Assembly: GCA_028826165.1 (NCBI GenBank)
Contig: JAPDFW010000077.1
Coordinates: 186,001-250,000 of the forward strand
Direction of reading: 5' to 3'
DNA: 64,000 bases
From: Anaeramoeba ignava BMAN
Taxonomy: Eukaryota; Protista; Anaeramoebae
Positions 1-13,497 of the stretch are shown here, piece by piece (position 1 is the first letter of the stretch; every line of letters starts with the position of its first letter). The position numbers were made by a program, and so were the translations under genes. Under the pieces are notes generated by a model. The model was not told where the DNA came from. It did no database searches and was given only the letters and a program-made list of their open reading frames with translations.

Positions 1-692
1 TCAATCAAATAACTATCCAATTCACCTTTATTCCAATCTTCAAAAATTTGAGCAATTTTTTGGGGTTGCAACTTCAAAACCTTTCTCAAAATATCATAAG
101 CTTCAGCAATCAATTGCATATCAGCATATTCAATAGCATTATGGACGGATTTGACGTAGTGACCAGCACCTCTAGGACCAATATAGTCAACACAAGGACG
201 ACCATCATCAGCTTTTGCACTGATTAATTCAAGAATGTGCTTGACATCATTCCAGGCCTCAGGAGAACCACCAGGCATGATACTTGGGCCGTTAAGTGCG
301 CCTTCTTCACCTCCACTTACTCCAACTCCCATAAATTTGATCCCCTTTTCTTCAAGCATTATTGCTCTTCTTTCTGTATCTTCAAAAAAGCTATTTCCAC
401 AATCCATGATCAGATCTCCTTTTTCCAAATAATTCAATAACTGCTCAATTACACTATCTACTGGTTTCCCGGCAACGACCATAATGATTATTTTTCTTGG
501 TTTGCTGAGCAAGTTTACAAATCCTTCTAATTTTTCTGATGATACTATGTTCTTGTCTCCGTTTTGTTTCATGAAATTCTCAGTTCTTGAATATGTTCGA
601 TTGTAAACTGCTACTTTGAACTTGTTTCTTTCAATGTTCAATGCGAGATTTCCTCCCATTGTTGATAATCCTATAACTCCAATATCTGCCAT
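1..692 (-). CDS. gnd: 6-phosphogluconate dehydrogenase, decarboxylating (5' part; runs off the window start)
   Basis: Manual translation from ATG 692: MADIGVIGLSTMGGNLALNIERNKFKVAVYNRT...GVSGGEEGALNGPSIMPGG...GAGHYVKSVHNAIEYADMQLIAEAY. Rossmann fold and catalytic K/E motif present. Absent from the ORF track. Confidence 0.96.
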   Translation of the reverse strand, partial: MADIGVIGLSTMGGNLALNIERNKFKVAVYNRTYSRTENFMKQNGDKNIVSSEKLEGFVNLLSKPRKIIIMVVAGKPVDSVIEQLLNYLEKGDLIMDCGNSFFEDTERRAIMLEEKGIKFMGVGVSGGEEGALNGPSIMPGGSPEAWNDVKHILELISAKADDGRPCVDYIGPRGAGHYVKSVHNAIEYADMQLIAEAYDILRKVLKLQPQKIAQIFEDWNKGELDSYLI

Positions 693-914
693 TTTTTAAT
701 TTAATTTCAAATTTTTTTGGATTGTGAAAAATAAAATTGAAAAATGATTTCCAAAATTTTTTTTTCTTTTAAATTATTTATTTTTTATTTGATTTTCCAA
801 AAATATTTTTTTTTAGGGGAATATATTTTTAATTAATACACGTGTTAAATATTAATCAAACAGGGGATACAAAAAAAACAATTCAAGATTTACTTTTCTT
901 TATCTTTATCTTTT

Positions 915-2870
915 TCTTTATTAAATTTATTCCATTTTTTTTAAATATAAATATTTATTTAATTTAATTAAATATATTCCACTTTTTTTAAATATAAATA
1001 TTTATTTAATTTAATTAAATATATTCTATTTTTTTTAAATATAAATATTAATTAGATTTATTAAATTTATTCCACTTTTTTTAAATATAAATATTTATTA
1101 AATTTATTCCATTTTTTTAAATATAAATATTTATTAAATTTAATTAAATTTATTCCACTTTTTTTAAATATAAATATTTATTAAATTTAATTAAATTTAT
1201 TCCACTTTTTAAATATAAATATTTATTTAATTTATTTAAATTTATTCCATTTTTTTTAAATATAAATATTTATTTAATTTAATTAAATTTATTCCACTTT
1301 TTAAATATAAATATTTATTAAATTTAATTAAATATATTCCATTTTTTTTAAATATAAATATTTATTTAATTTAATTAAATTTATTCCATTTTTTTTAAAT
1401 ATAAATATTTATTTAATTTATTCTAAATTTATTCCATTTTTAAATATAAATATTTATTAAATTTTTTATTTTTAAAATATAAATATTTAATTAATTTTTA
1501 TTCCACTTTTTTTAAATATAAATATTTAATTAATTTAATTAAATTTATTTCATTTTTTTTAAAAATAAATATTTATTAATTTTAATTAAATTTATTTCAT
1601 TTTTTAAATATAAATATTTATTTAATTTAATTAATTTTATTCCATTTTTTTTTAAATATAAATATTTATTAAATTTAATTAAATTTATTCCACTTTTTAA
1701 ATATAAATATTTATTAAATTTATTCCATTTTTTTTTAATATAAATATTTATTTAATTTAATTAAATTTATTCCACTTTTTAAATATAAATATTTAATTTA
1801 ATTTAATTTAAATTTATTTCATTTTTAAATATAAATATTTATTAAATTTAATTAAATATATTCCATTTTTTTTAAATATAAATATTTATTTAATTTTATT
1901 AAATTTATTCCATTTTTTTTAAATATAAATATTTATTTAATTTATTCTAAATTTATTCCATTTTTTTTAAATATAAATATTTATTAAATTTAATTTTATT
2001 CCATTTTTAAATATAAATATTTATTTAATTTATTTCATTTTTTTTAAATATAAATATTTATTTAATTTATTTAAATATATTCCACTTTTTTAAATATAAA
2101 TATTTATTAAATTTATTCCATTTTTTTAAATATAAATATTTATTTAATTTTATTCCACTTTTTTTAAATATAATTATTTATTTAATTTATTTTAAATATA
2201 TTCCACTTTTTTAAATATAAATATTTATTAAATTTATTAAATTTATTCTATTTTTTTTAAATATAAATCTTTATTAAATTTATTCCATTTTTTTTAAATA
2301 TAAATATTTATTAAATTTATTCCACTTTTTTTAAATATAAATATTTATTAAATTTATTCCATTTTTTTAAATATAAATATTTATTTAATTTAATTAAATT
2401 TATTCCACTTTTTTAAATATAAATATTTATTAAATTTAATTAAATTTATTCCATTTTTTTTAAATATAAATATTTATTTAATTTATTTAAATTTATTCCA
2501 TTTTTTTAAATATAAATATTTATTAAATTTATTAAATTTATTCCACTTTTTTTAAATATAAATATTTATTAAATTTATTAAATTTATTCCATTTTTAAAT
2601 ATAAATTTTTATTAAATTTATTCCATTTTTTTTAAAATATAAATATTTATTAATTTTATTCCATTTTTTTAAATATAAATATTTAATTAAAAATTTAATT
2701 AAATATATTCCATTTTTAAATATAAATATTTAATTAATTTAATTAAATTTATTCCACTTTTTAAATATAAATATTTATTAAATTTATTCTTAAATTTATT
2801 CCATTTTTTTAAATATAAATAAATTTTTAATTTATTAATTTATTCCATTTTTAAATATAATTATTTATTT
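915..2870. repeat. AT-rich intergenic minisatellite with TTATTCCA(C/T) core
   Basis: Dozens of degenerate copies of ~AAATATAAATATTTATTAAATTTATTCCA(C/T)TTTTTT between divergent genes. Confidence 0.95.
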
Positions 2871-3443
2871 AAATTAATTAAATTTAGTTTATTTTAAATT
2901 GTAAGGAATTTTGTTTTTAAATTAAAATTTTTTCCTCATTTGATCAATTTATTTTTTTTTAAAAAAGCAAAAAAAATTAAGAAATTTAGATTTAAATTTA
3001 AATTTAAATTTTAAAAAAGAAAATTAAATAAAATAATGTAAAATAGTTTTATTTTATTATTAAAAAATTTTTTTTTAATTAAATTAGTAAATAAAATTAA
3101 ATAATTAGTAATTTTTATTTTAAATAAAAAAAATAAATAAATAGATCAATTTTAATTTTATTTTTAATTTTAATTTTAGTTTTAATTTTAATTTTTAGTT
3201 TTAGTTTTTAACGAAAGCAAAAAGCAAAAAGCAAAAAAAAAAAGAAAAATTAATAAAAAGAAGAAGAAGAAAAAATATTAAAAAAAAAAAATAAAAAAAA
3301 AAAAAATTTTTTTAATTAAAAAAAAAACCATTTTTTCATTTCTCAAACTATTAATTATTCACCATAATAAATACAATTCATCAAAAAAAAAAAAATTTAA
3401 TTTAAATTTAATTTAATTTAATTTAATAAAAAACAAATTGAAA

Positions 3444-5282
3444 ATGCAAAAAATGAGTCTAGTAAAAATTGAGAAATTTCCAGTTAAATTTGAATGTGCA
3501 CAACTCAACGAAGAACTTGCACCAATTGATTCAAAAGCAGAAATTGAAATCGACCCCAAAACAATAAAATTCCATTCAAATCAAATTTCGAAAACGTTCA
3601 CAATTCCGGCATTTATCAGCTTATCGCTTCATAAAAACAATCCAGCAGTAGTACTTTTAACAAAAAATGCAGAAAAAAAAGAAGATGAAGTAAAAATCCT
3701 AATTGGATTTGAAGAAGCCAAGAAACGCCTAGAATTTCTTAAGATTTGGTTAGCGGTTATTGACCCAATTATCAAAATAGAAAAAAAAACGGTGCAAATC
3801 CCCCCAAAAAAAGATGGAGAAGAGAAGAAACCTGATAATCTTATGCCCGAAAGATTGGAATTCGATGTTTCTGTATTGGATACAAAGAAAACCAAAATTG
3901 GAACGACCAAATTGATTCTAACGCAAGATAATTTCCACATTGAAGGTCCAGGAGTCACAAGAAAGGATCTTTTCCGGAAATCAGTCCAAGTAAAACAGCA
4001 GGAAAAAGACCCCCTTCTTATTCAAATAATTTTGGACAGACAAAGCGGCTTTTTGGCATGTACTCAACTCGAATTTTTTTTCTTCAAATTTAGTGAGAAA
4101 AGCGAGTCGGAAAAATTCCAAAAATACTTTAGCATCGTTCGCACAAAAGTGACTAAGGCACATTCTTTCAGGGGAAAGGTTCATATGGAAGACAACAAGA
4201 CCGAGTCAGGCCATATTGTTTTGGATCCAACAAACCTCCAGTTGAAAATTGGAGACAAAATTTTTAACGGCAAAATTCCCGAGATTAATATTAAGAAATC
4301 CAAAACGGACGAGTGTCAGATCTTGCTTAAAATAGTGGAAAATTCTTTCCTGTTCGATTTTTTCGATAAAGATGATGCTCAACGATTTTTGACACAATTC
4401 AAGGAAATCGTAGTTCATATTCAGACTCAGAAAATTTTTCCGAATACAAATATTGTTGTCAAGAAAATCAACCCCAACCAAACACGTTTTGCTGCTGAGT
4501 TGCTCGACACCACAAACAAGAAGCTCGATGAAGGATATGTTCATCTTGAGGGAGAGCAGTTCGAAATTATTATGAAAAAGATCCAATATAATGATCTCTT
4601 TAGAAAAAATGTCAACTTGACTTTCTTAAAACATGACAAAAGAATCATGAAAATTGTCTTCACAAAAAGCATAGAGAAAAGTGTTTTTGCTTGTTCTAAA
4701 GTCAGAAATATTCATGTTCGTTTCATTTTTGAAGAAGATCTCAAACTCTTCCGCGAAAAACTCTATCAATCACAGAAATCCTTTTTGCCTGAAAAGAAAG
4801 AATCAGAACCTCGAGAAATAATCATTCTTAAGTCACCAATTGAAAAACCAATTGAAAAACCAACTGAAAAACCAACTGAAAAACCAACTGAAAAACCAAC
4901 TGAAAAACCAACTGAAAAACCAATTGAAAAACCAATTGAAAAACCAACTGAAAAACCAATTGAAAAACCAACTGAAAAATCCAAATCTGAAAATCCCTCT
5001 TTTAATGTTACCCATGTTAATACTCAAGACACTGATCTTATTGAAAGAGTTACCCTTATTATTCTAGAAGATGTTTTCAAAATGGAACGTGAGTTTTTAT
5101 CTCCAAAAGAATTTTTACTTGCTGATTGCGCATTAAAAACACCTCCAAACAAAAAACTCCTCCTTAGATTAGAACCTTTAAATGAAATTCCAATGGTTAT
5201 TAAATTTGATACTGAAGAAGAAGCAACTCATTTCATAAATGAATTCCAAGACGCTCGTTATAAGGCAAATCATAAAGATTAA
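3444..5282 (+). CDS. Uncharacterised protein with ~5 tandem PH-like modules and a KP(T/I)E repeat linker
   Basis: Long uninterrupted ORF, first ATG at 3444. Internal repeats (LDTKKTK..DLFRK..FLAC vs LDTTNKK..DLFRK..VFAC), each ending in an F-x3-E-x3-F helix typical of PH folds. (EKPT/EKPI)n at ~4840-4980. Confidence 0.75.
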   Translation: MQKMSLVKIEKFPVKFECAQLNEELAPIDSKAEIEIDPKTIKFHSNQISKTFTIPAFISLSLHKNNPAVVLLTKNAEKKEDEVKILIGFEEAKKRLEFLKIWLAVIDPIIKIEKKTVQIPPKKDGEEKKPDNLMPERLEFDVSVLDTKKTKIGTTKLILTQDNFHIEGPGVTRKDLFRKSVQVKQQEKDPLLIQIILDRQSGFLACTQLEFFFFKFSEKSESEKFQKYFSIVRTKVTKAHSFRGKVHMEDNKTESGHIVLDPTNLQLKIGDKIFNGKIPEINIKKSKTDECQILLKIVENSFLFDFFDKDDAQRFLTQFKEIVVHIQTQKIFPNTNIVVKKINPNQTRFAAELLDTTNKKLDEGYVHLEGEQFEIIMKKIQYNDLFRKNVNLTFLKHDKRIMKIVFTKSIEKSVFACSKVRNIHVRFIFEEDLKLFREKLYQSQKSFLPEKKESEPREIIILKSPIEKPIEKPTEKPTEKPTEKPTEKPTEKPIEKPIEKPTEKPIEKPTEKSKSENPSFNVTHVNTQDTDLIERVTLIILEDVFKMEREFLSPKEFLLADCALKTPPNKKLLLRLEPLNEIPMVIKFDTEEEATHFINEFQDARYKANHKD

Positions 5283-5639
5283 CAAAAAGGTTTAATTTTT
5301 CTTTTCAAATTTTTCTTTTCAATTTTTTCTTTTCATTTCATTTTTTTTTCAATTTTTTCATTTCAATTTTAATTCTCTTTTTCTTCCCTTTTTTCATTCC
5401 AAATAAATAAGTTCAGAAAATCAAAAAAAAAAATTTAAAAAAAAAGAAAAAGAATTTTATTTAAAAAATCACAAACAAAAAATAATAATAATAATAACAA
5501 TAATAACAATAATAACAATAATAAATTTTTGGATTTTATAAATAATGTTTTCTTTCATTTGGTAAAATTAATTCATTTTTTTCTTTTTGTTTTGAAGTAT
5601 TTTCTTGAAAAAAATCTTGATAATGAATTTTTTTATGTG

Positions 5640-6660
5640 GATAAGGAATTTGATTTGGAGTTTGATTTGGAATTTTGTTTTTAATTGAATCTGGAATTGG
5701 ATTGAGAACTATATTTGGAATTTTGTTTTTAATTGAATTTGGAATTTTGTTTTTAATTGAATTTGAAATTTGATTTGAAAATTGATTTGGAATTTGATTT
5801 GAAATTTGATTTGGAATTTGATTTGGAATTTGATTTGAAATTTGATTTGGATTTTGATTTGGAATTTGATTTGAATTTTGATTTGGAATTTGATTTGGAA
5901 TTCTGTTTTTAATTGAATCTGGAATTGGATTGAGAACTATATTTGGAATTTTGTTTTTAATTGAATTTGAAATTTGATTTGAAATTTGATTTGAAATTTG
6001 ATTTGAAATTTGATTTGGAATTTGATTTGAAATTTGATTTGATTTGAAATTTGATTTGAAATTTGATTTGGATTTTGATTTGGAATTTGATTTGGAATTT
6101 GATTTGAATTTGATTTGGAATTTGATTTGGAATTCTGTTTTTTTGAATTTGGAAATTTTGTTATATTTGGAATTTGTTTTTTTTTGAATTTGGAATTTGA
6201 TTTGAATTTTTGAAATTTTGAATTTGATTTGATTTGAAAATTTGAAAATTTGATTTAAAAATTTGATTTGAATTTTGATTTGGATTTTTGATTTTTGGAT
6301 TTGGATTTTTGGATTTTGATTTGGATTTTTTTGGATTTGATTTGAATTTGAAGATTGATTTAAAGATTGGTTTAAAGTTTGATATGTATTTGTATTTTGG
6401 TTTAAAGATTGATTTAAAGATTGATAGGTATTTGGGTTTTGATTTGGGTTTTGATTTGGGTTTTGATTTGGAATTTGATTTAAAGTTTGGTTTAAAGTTT
6501 GGTATGTATTTTGATTTGTATTTGTATTTGTATTTTAATTTTATTTTGATTTTGATTTTGATTTTGATTTTGATTTTGATTTTGATTTGAAATTTGATTT
6601 TGATTTTGATTTTGATTTAGATTTGGATTTAGATTTAATTTTAAATTTAATTTTGGATTT
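5640..6660 (-). repeat. Low-complexity Q/N/I/P/S repeat tail of the CDK gene
   Basis: (CAAATTCCAAAT/CAAATTTCAAAT)n and (CAAAAT)n on the minus strand. Confidence 0.85.
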
Positions 6661-9600
6661 CGTTTTTTTTGTTTTAACAATTTATAAGAATTTAAAGAAA
6701 GTTTGCTTTGTTTTGGATTAAAAGTTTGATTTGAAGAAAAAGAATTAGGTTGGTCTTTAAAACTTTTGGGAATATTGTGATTGGCAATTCTTTGATTTTG
6801 AATATTTTTTTCAACAAAAATATCATTTTTAAGATTACTAAAAGCTTTTGAACGGGATTTTAAACTAAGATGTCTACGCTGGTCTTTGACATCGATTTCA
6901 TAACAAGAAGAGTAAGCCTGAAATGAATTGATTTGTGCAGGCATTGGATCCGTCCAGAAGAAATCATGATCCAGAGCTTTCTGAGCAGTAAAACGTCTTT
7001 CGGGATCCAAATCAAGTAATTTTTCAAGTAAATCAATTCCTTCAGAACAGATCAAAATCCTGAACTTATTTTGGATATTTGAGCAGTAATCCTTTTTGAT
7101 TGAATATTTCTGCATTAAAGGAAGATACTCAGCACTTTTCCAACCACATGAATCTGGAGATCCACAAAGACTAAATATGAGATCCAATTGATCCAACACA
7201 TTGCTGCCTGGAAATAAGGGTTTTCTCATAAAAAGTTCTGCAAGCACACAGCCAGCCGACCACATATCAATTGCGGGAGAATGTTTCTTTGTTCCGAGTA
7301 GGAGTTCTGGGGCTCGGTACCAGAGAGTTACAACTAAACTTGTGTCGATATTTTTTGAATTCTGAAACGATCTTGCCAATCCAAAATCCGCGAGTTTGAG
7401 TTCACCTTTGTTGTTGATTAATAGATTCGCTGCCTTTACATCACGATGAACTATTTGCTTTTTGTGGCAGTAAAGCAGAGCTTCAAGGAGCTGCTGGAAA
7501 TAGCATTTAATTTGGGGAAGTGAAAAATTTGGAATTTGAGGTGAATTAGTTAATCCAACTAAATCATGATCCATGTATTCAAATACTAAATAGAATTCAG
7601 TAAGGTTCTCCCTTGTTTCCTCTTCTAATCTTGAGGTTACTATCTCTTTTAGTTTGATGATATTTTTGTGATCCAATTTTTGAAGTATCATGATTTCTCT
7701 TAATGCTGTTATTGGAAATCCTTCTTTTTCTTGAACTACTTTGATTTTTTTAAGAGCTATAATTTCTCCTGTTTTTTTCTCCCGTGCTTTGATTACTTTT
7801 CCATAAGTTCCATCTCCAATTATTTTGATTTGTTCAAATTCATTAATTTCTCGAGAATTATATTTTAATAATCTTTTTGAAATGATATCTTTTTCATTTC
7901 TTTTTATTTTTTTAAATAAATATTGATTAAATATTAATTAAATATTAATAAAATATTAATTAAATATTAATTAAATATTAATTAAATATTAATTAAATAT
8001 TAATTAAATATTGATTAAATATTGATAAAATATTAAATAAATATTAATTAAATATTGATTAAATATTAATTAAATATTAATTAAATATTAATTAAATATT
8101 AATTAAATATTAATTAAATATTAAATAAATATTAATTAAATATTAAATGAATATTAAATATTAATTAAATATTGATTAAATATTAATTAAATATTGATTA
8201 AATATTATTAATTAAATAATAATTAAATATTAAATTAAAAATAAATATTGATTAAATATTAATTAAATATTGATTAAATATATTAATTAAATATTAATTA
8301 AATATTAATAATTAAATATTAATTAAATATTAATTAAATATTAATTAAATATTAATTAAATATTGATTAAATATTAATTAAATATTTAATTAAATATTAA
8401 TTAAATATTAATTAAATATTAATTAATTTTAAATATTAATTAAATATTAATTAAATATTAAATAAAATAAATATTAATTAAATATTAAATTTAAATATTA
8501 AAATGATTAAATATTGAAATTAAATATTAAAGATTAAATAAATATTAAATAAATATTAAATAAAAATAAAATTAATTAAATAAATATTAATTAAATAAAT
8601 ATTAATTAAATATTAATTAAAATATTAATTAAATATTAATAAAAAATATTAATTAAATATTAATTAAATATTAATTAAATATTAATTAAATATTAATTAA
8701 ATATATTAAATATTAATTAAAATATTAATTAAATATTAATTAAAATAAAAATATTAATTAAATATTGATTAAATATTAATTAAATATTGATTAAATATTA
8801 ATTAAAATATTAATTAAATATTAATTAAATATTAAATAAATATTAATTAAATATTAATTAAATATAAATATTAATTAAATAATTATTAAATAATTAAATA
8901 TTAATTAAATATTGATTAATTAAATATTAATTAAATATTAATTAAATATTAATTAAATATATTAATTAAATATTAATTAAATATTAATTAAATATTAATT
9001 AAATATTAATTAAATATTAATTAAATAAATATTAATTAAATATTAATTAAATATTAATTAAATATTAATTAAATATTAATTAAATATTACTAAATAAATA
9101 TTAATTAAATATTAATTAAATATTAATTAAATATTAAATATTAATTAAATATTAATTAAATATTATTAAATATTGATTAAATATTAATTAAATATTAAAT
9201 AAATATTAATTAAATATTGATTAAATATTAATTAAATATTGATTAAATATTAATTAAATATTAATTAAATATTAATTAAATATAATTAAAATATTAAATA
9301 TTATTAAATATTGATTGATTAAATATTAATTAAATATTAAATATTAATTAAATATTGATTAAATATTAATTAAATATTAATTAAATATTAATTAAATATT
9401 GATTAAATATTGATTAAATATTAATTAAATATTAATTAAATATTAATTAAATATTAATTAAATATTAATTAAATATTGATTAAATATTAATTAAATATTA
9501 ATTAAATATTGATTAAATATTGATTAAATATTAATTAAATATTGATTAAATATTGATTAAATATTAATAAAATAGAGGTTAAGTAGAATAAATTTGTGGG

Positions 9601-9713
9601 TTAAATTGGATAATTTTTTGTTAAGAATTTGGAATTTTTCAATTAAAATTTTTTGTAATTAAATTTAAAAATAATTTATTAATTGAAATAACAAACTTTT
9701 TTTGTTGATTCAT
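6492..9713 (-). CDS. CDK9/CDK12-class cyclin-dependent kinase (PITALRE); exons 9713-9697 and 7899-6492; 3' end uncertain, may extend to 5536
   Basis: GDGTYGKV, ALKK, EGFPITALREI, HRDVKAAN, DFGLAR, VVTLWYRAPELLLG. Micro-exon ATGAATCAACAAAAAAA|GTTTGT joins AG|AAATGAA in frame across a 1797-nt intron. Confidence 0.85.
7915..9570. repeat. Intronic 11-nt satellite (TAAATATTAAT)n in CDK intron 1
   Basis: Tandem array inside intron 7900-9696. Confidence 0.95.
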
Positions 9714-9989
9714 GAATGAGTGAAAAATTTAAAAATTTTTGAATTAAATTGAACCAAATAAAAAAAAAAAAAAGATTCAAAAGAAAAAAATGAAAAAAAA
9801 AAATTTAAAAAGAAAATAAAAAAGAAAAAAATGAAAAAGAAAAAGAAAGGGTAATAAAAAAAATTATTAAATGAGAGAAAAAAAAATTTTTTCCTGTTTT
9901 TATTGTTTGTTCGTATTAAATTTGAAAGGTAAAAAAAAAAATTGAATTGCCACGTTTCAAAAAAAAAATTAATTAAAAAATTAAATGGA

Positions 9990-11416
9990 ATTTTGTTTTA
10001 AATTGTTTTAAATTGAATTTTGTTTTAAATTTTGTTTTAAATTTTGTTTTAAATTTTGTTTTAAATTTTGTTTTAAATTTTGTTTTAAATTTAATTATAA
10101 TTTTGTTTTAAATTTTGTTTTAAATTTTGTTTATAATTTTGATTATAATTTTGATTATAATTTTGTTTTAAATTTTGTTTTAAATTTTGTTTTAAATTGT
10201 TTTAAATTTTGTTTTAAATTTTGATTATAATTTTGTTTTAAATTTTGATTATAATTTTTATTGTAATTTTGATGTAAATTTTGTTTTAAATTTTGTTTTA
10301 AATTTTGTTTTAAATTGTTTTAAATTTTGTTTTAAATTGTGTTTTAAATTTTGATTTAAATTTTGATTATAATTTTGTTTTAAATTTTGTTTTGAATTTT
10401 GTTTTAAATTTTGTTTTAAATTTTGTTTTAAATTTTGTTTTAAATTTTGTTTTAAATTTTGTTTTAAATTTTGTTTTAAATTGTTTTTTAAATTTTGTTT
10501 TAAATTGTTTTAAATATTGTTTTAAATATTGTTTTAAATTTTTTATAATTTTGTTTTAAATTTTGTTTATAATTTTGATTATAATTTTGATTATAATTTT
10601 GATTTAAATTTTGATTATAATTTTGATTATAATTTTGATTTAAATTTTGATTATAATTTTGATTATAATTTTGATTTAAATTTTGATTATAATTTTGTTT
10701 ATAATTTTGTTTTAAATATTGATTATAATATTGATTATAATATTGATTATAATTTTGATTTAAATTTTGATTTAAATTTTGATTTAAATTTTGTTTTAAA
10801 TTGTTTTAAATTTTGATTTAAATTTTGATTATAATTTTATTGTAAATTTGTTTTAAATTTTGTTTTAAATTTTGTTTTAAATTTAATTATAATTTTGTTT
10901 TAAATTTTATTGTAAATTTGTTTTAAATTTTGTTTTAAATTTTGATTATAATTGTGTTTTAAATTTTGTTTTAAATTGTTTTAAATTTTGTTTTAAATTG
11001 TTTTAAATATTGTTTTAAATATTGTTTTAAATTTTTTATAATTTTGTTTTAAATTTTGATTTAAATTTTGATTATAATTTTGATTATAATTTTGTTTTAA
11101 ATTTTGTTTTAAATTTTGATTATAATTGTGTTTTAAATTTTGTTTTAAATTGTTTTAAATTTTGTTTTAAATTTTGTTTTAAATTTTGATTTAAATTTTG
11201 ATTATAATTTTGTTTTAAATTTTGTTTTAAATTTTGTTTTAAATTTTGATTAAATATTGATTTAAATTTTGATTGTAATTTTGATTTAAATTTTGATTAT
11301 AATTTTGATTTAAATTTTGTTTTAAATTTTGATTATAATTTTGATTATAATTTTGATTTAAATTTTGATTTAAATTTTGTTTTAAATATTGATTATAATT
11401 TTGATTTAAATTTTGT
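9990..11416. repeat. 12-nt satellite (TTTTAAATTTTG/ATTATAATTTTG)n
   Basis: Tandem array beginning immediately after the prenylcysteine oxidase stop codon. Confidence 0.95.
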
Positions 11417-13224
11417 TTAAAGTTCTTTATCAGATTCTTCTGGTTTTTCTTCAGTGATTTCAATAGGTTTTTTTTCAGTAAGTTCAATAGGTTGTTCTGA
11501 AATAACTTCAATAGGTTTTTCTTCAAAAATGTCAGTATGCTCTTCTTCAGTAACTTCATTGTGTTGTTCTTCAAATACAAATTTTTCTCCAAAAAAATCT
11601 TTAAAAAATAAGTGAGCAACATTTAATCCACCAATAGCTTCGGTTTCCATAACTATTAAATTAAAATTAAAATAAAATTAAAATTAAAATTAAAATTCAT
11701 TTTGAAATTAAAATTAAAATTCATTTTGAAATTAAAATTAAAATTAAAATTCATTTATAAAATTAAATTAAATTGAAATTAAAATTCATTTTGAATTTAA
11801 AATTAAATTTTACCTGAAAATGGAATTTCCATCGCATTCACAAAATAAACATGAGAATCAGTAGATCCAAAACGGAAAGGAGTATTAGAAGAATTAATCT
11901 TCAACAAAGGATACTCATGTCGATATTCATCAACAATTTTCCCATTAAAAAACAGTTTTTGAAGAATTTCTTGAGTAATTGGAGTTTTAGAAAATAATCT
12001 GAACAATTTAGTGCCATTTTTGAAGATAGTTTTAAGACTAAGAGTTGTAAATTGAAGAGAAGAATTGTAAGTTGTGTATATTTCAGTGGGAACAGACTCC
12101 TTGCCAAAATAAGAAGGATTAACATCACCAGTTATGAATGTGGAATAAATGGGAATATATTCTTTCTCGTAAATTTTAGGATCAAAATCAGGGATTTCAA
12201 TCTTAATTTTATCAGAATGAAACGGTGCAGCAAACACAACAGCATCATACACTTCGGTTTCTAAAGATCCAGATTTTTCGTTGTTTTGAATTCGAAGAAC
12301 ATACTCTCCATGTTTTTGAGAAGGATCCTTTTCTTCGTTCCCAGATTCAGTGGTTTCTTGATAGCGAATTTCTTTGACAGCATGATTTAATTTTAAAATG
12401 GCATTTTTCGAACTTTGAATCAAATTGTCGCAAATCTTTTGGTTTCCTTGATTCACCGTGTACAAGTCCTTTCCCTCCGCAATCAAACATATGAGACCAC
12501 CGAGAGCATTTGTTTCGCCTGGGTCTTGTTCTCCGATATTTCCTCGAAGAGCCATGCTTGCAAAAACATCATATATCATTTTTGACAGCCCGAAATTTTT
12601 TAAATAATTTTTTAACGATTCTTGTGATAATTCAAACATATTGATTGTTTGATAAAGATCTTTAGTTGTTTCAAAAGAAATTCCCTGCGCTTGTAAGTCG
12701 TATATTCTGCAGAATTTATTCTTCATTTCTTCAGATAATCGGTTCGTTTTAAGCAAATCAAAAAATCCAAAATTATATCCAATTTTGAACTTAGTTAACA
12801 AAGAAGAAGAGCTTTGCTGCATCAGAAAGTCATTCTCGTGCCAGAAGCCAAATTTGGTCATGGATTTTGAGATGTGAGGATTCTGCGATACGCGATATTT
12901 GGCCAATCCGAATTCATCTGCAAAGTCAACCATATATTTATTTGACACATGGAAAATAGTTGCTCCAGCTTCGATCATCGTATCTTCTCCTATGTCTCGT
13001 GAACGTACTCTTCCGCATGTCTCCTTTTCTTGCTCATATACCGTTATGCTTAATTGCGTGTCAGAGTATTTTTCATTTCGTAGTTTTTCAATCCAGTACG
13101 CTGTTGATGAACCTCCAATTCCTGATCCTATAATTGCAATTTTTATTGTTTTTTCTTCATTTATTACTAGTTCAAATGAGAAAATTATTGAAATGATGAT
13201 TGATAAAAATTGTTTCGAATTCAT
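11417..13224 (-). CDS. Prenylcysteine oxidase/lyase (PCYOX1-like), ~548 aa; exons 13224-11814 and 11652-11417
   Basis: Signal peptide, KIAIIGSGIGGSSTAY FAD motif, IEAGATIFH, V.QGN, YDAVVFAAP. The splice restores NAMEIPFSVMETEAIGGLNVA. C-terminal DKEL resembles a KDEL-type retention signal. Confidence 0.88.
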
Positions 13225-13497
13225 TTTTGCTTTTTTTTTTTGCTTTTTTTTTTAAAAAAGGAAGAAAAGAAACGTTAAAAAAAAATGAGAAAAATGAAAT
13301 TAAAAAAAATTAAAAAAAAATAAAAAAAAAAATTAAATTACTAAAATTTATTAAAAAATTAGTAATTTAAAAATAAAAAACGTTTTTTAATTAAAAAAAA
13401 AATTAAAAAGAAAAAATTAAAAAAACGTTTTTCATTTTTTTTCATTTCATTTTTTTAAAAATAAAATTCAAATTAATTATAAAATCTTTTTTAAAAT

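Noticed and set aside
837-845. ACACGTGT E-box-like palindrome upstream of gnd
   Set aside because: Single occurrence with no supporting evidence.
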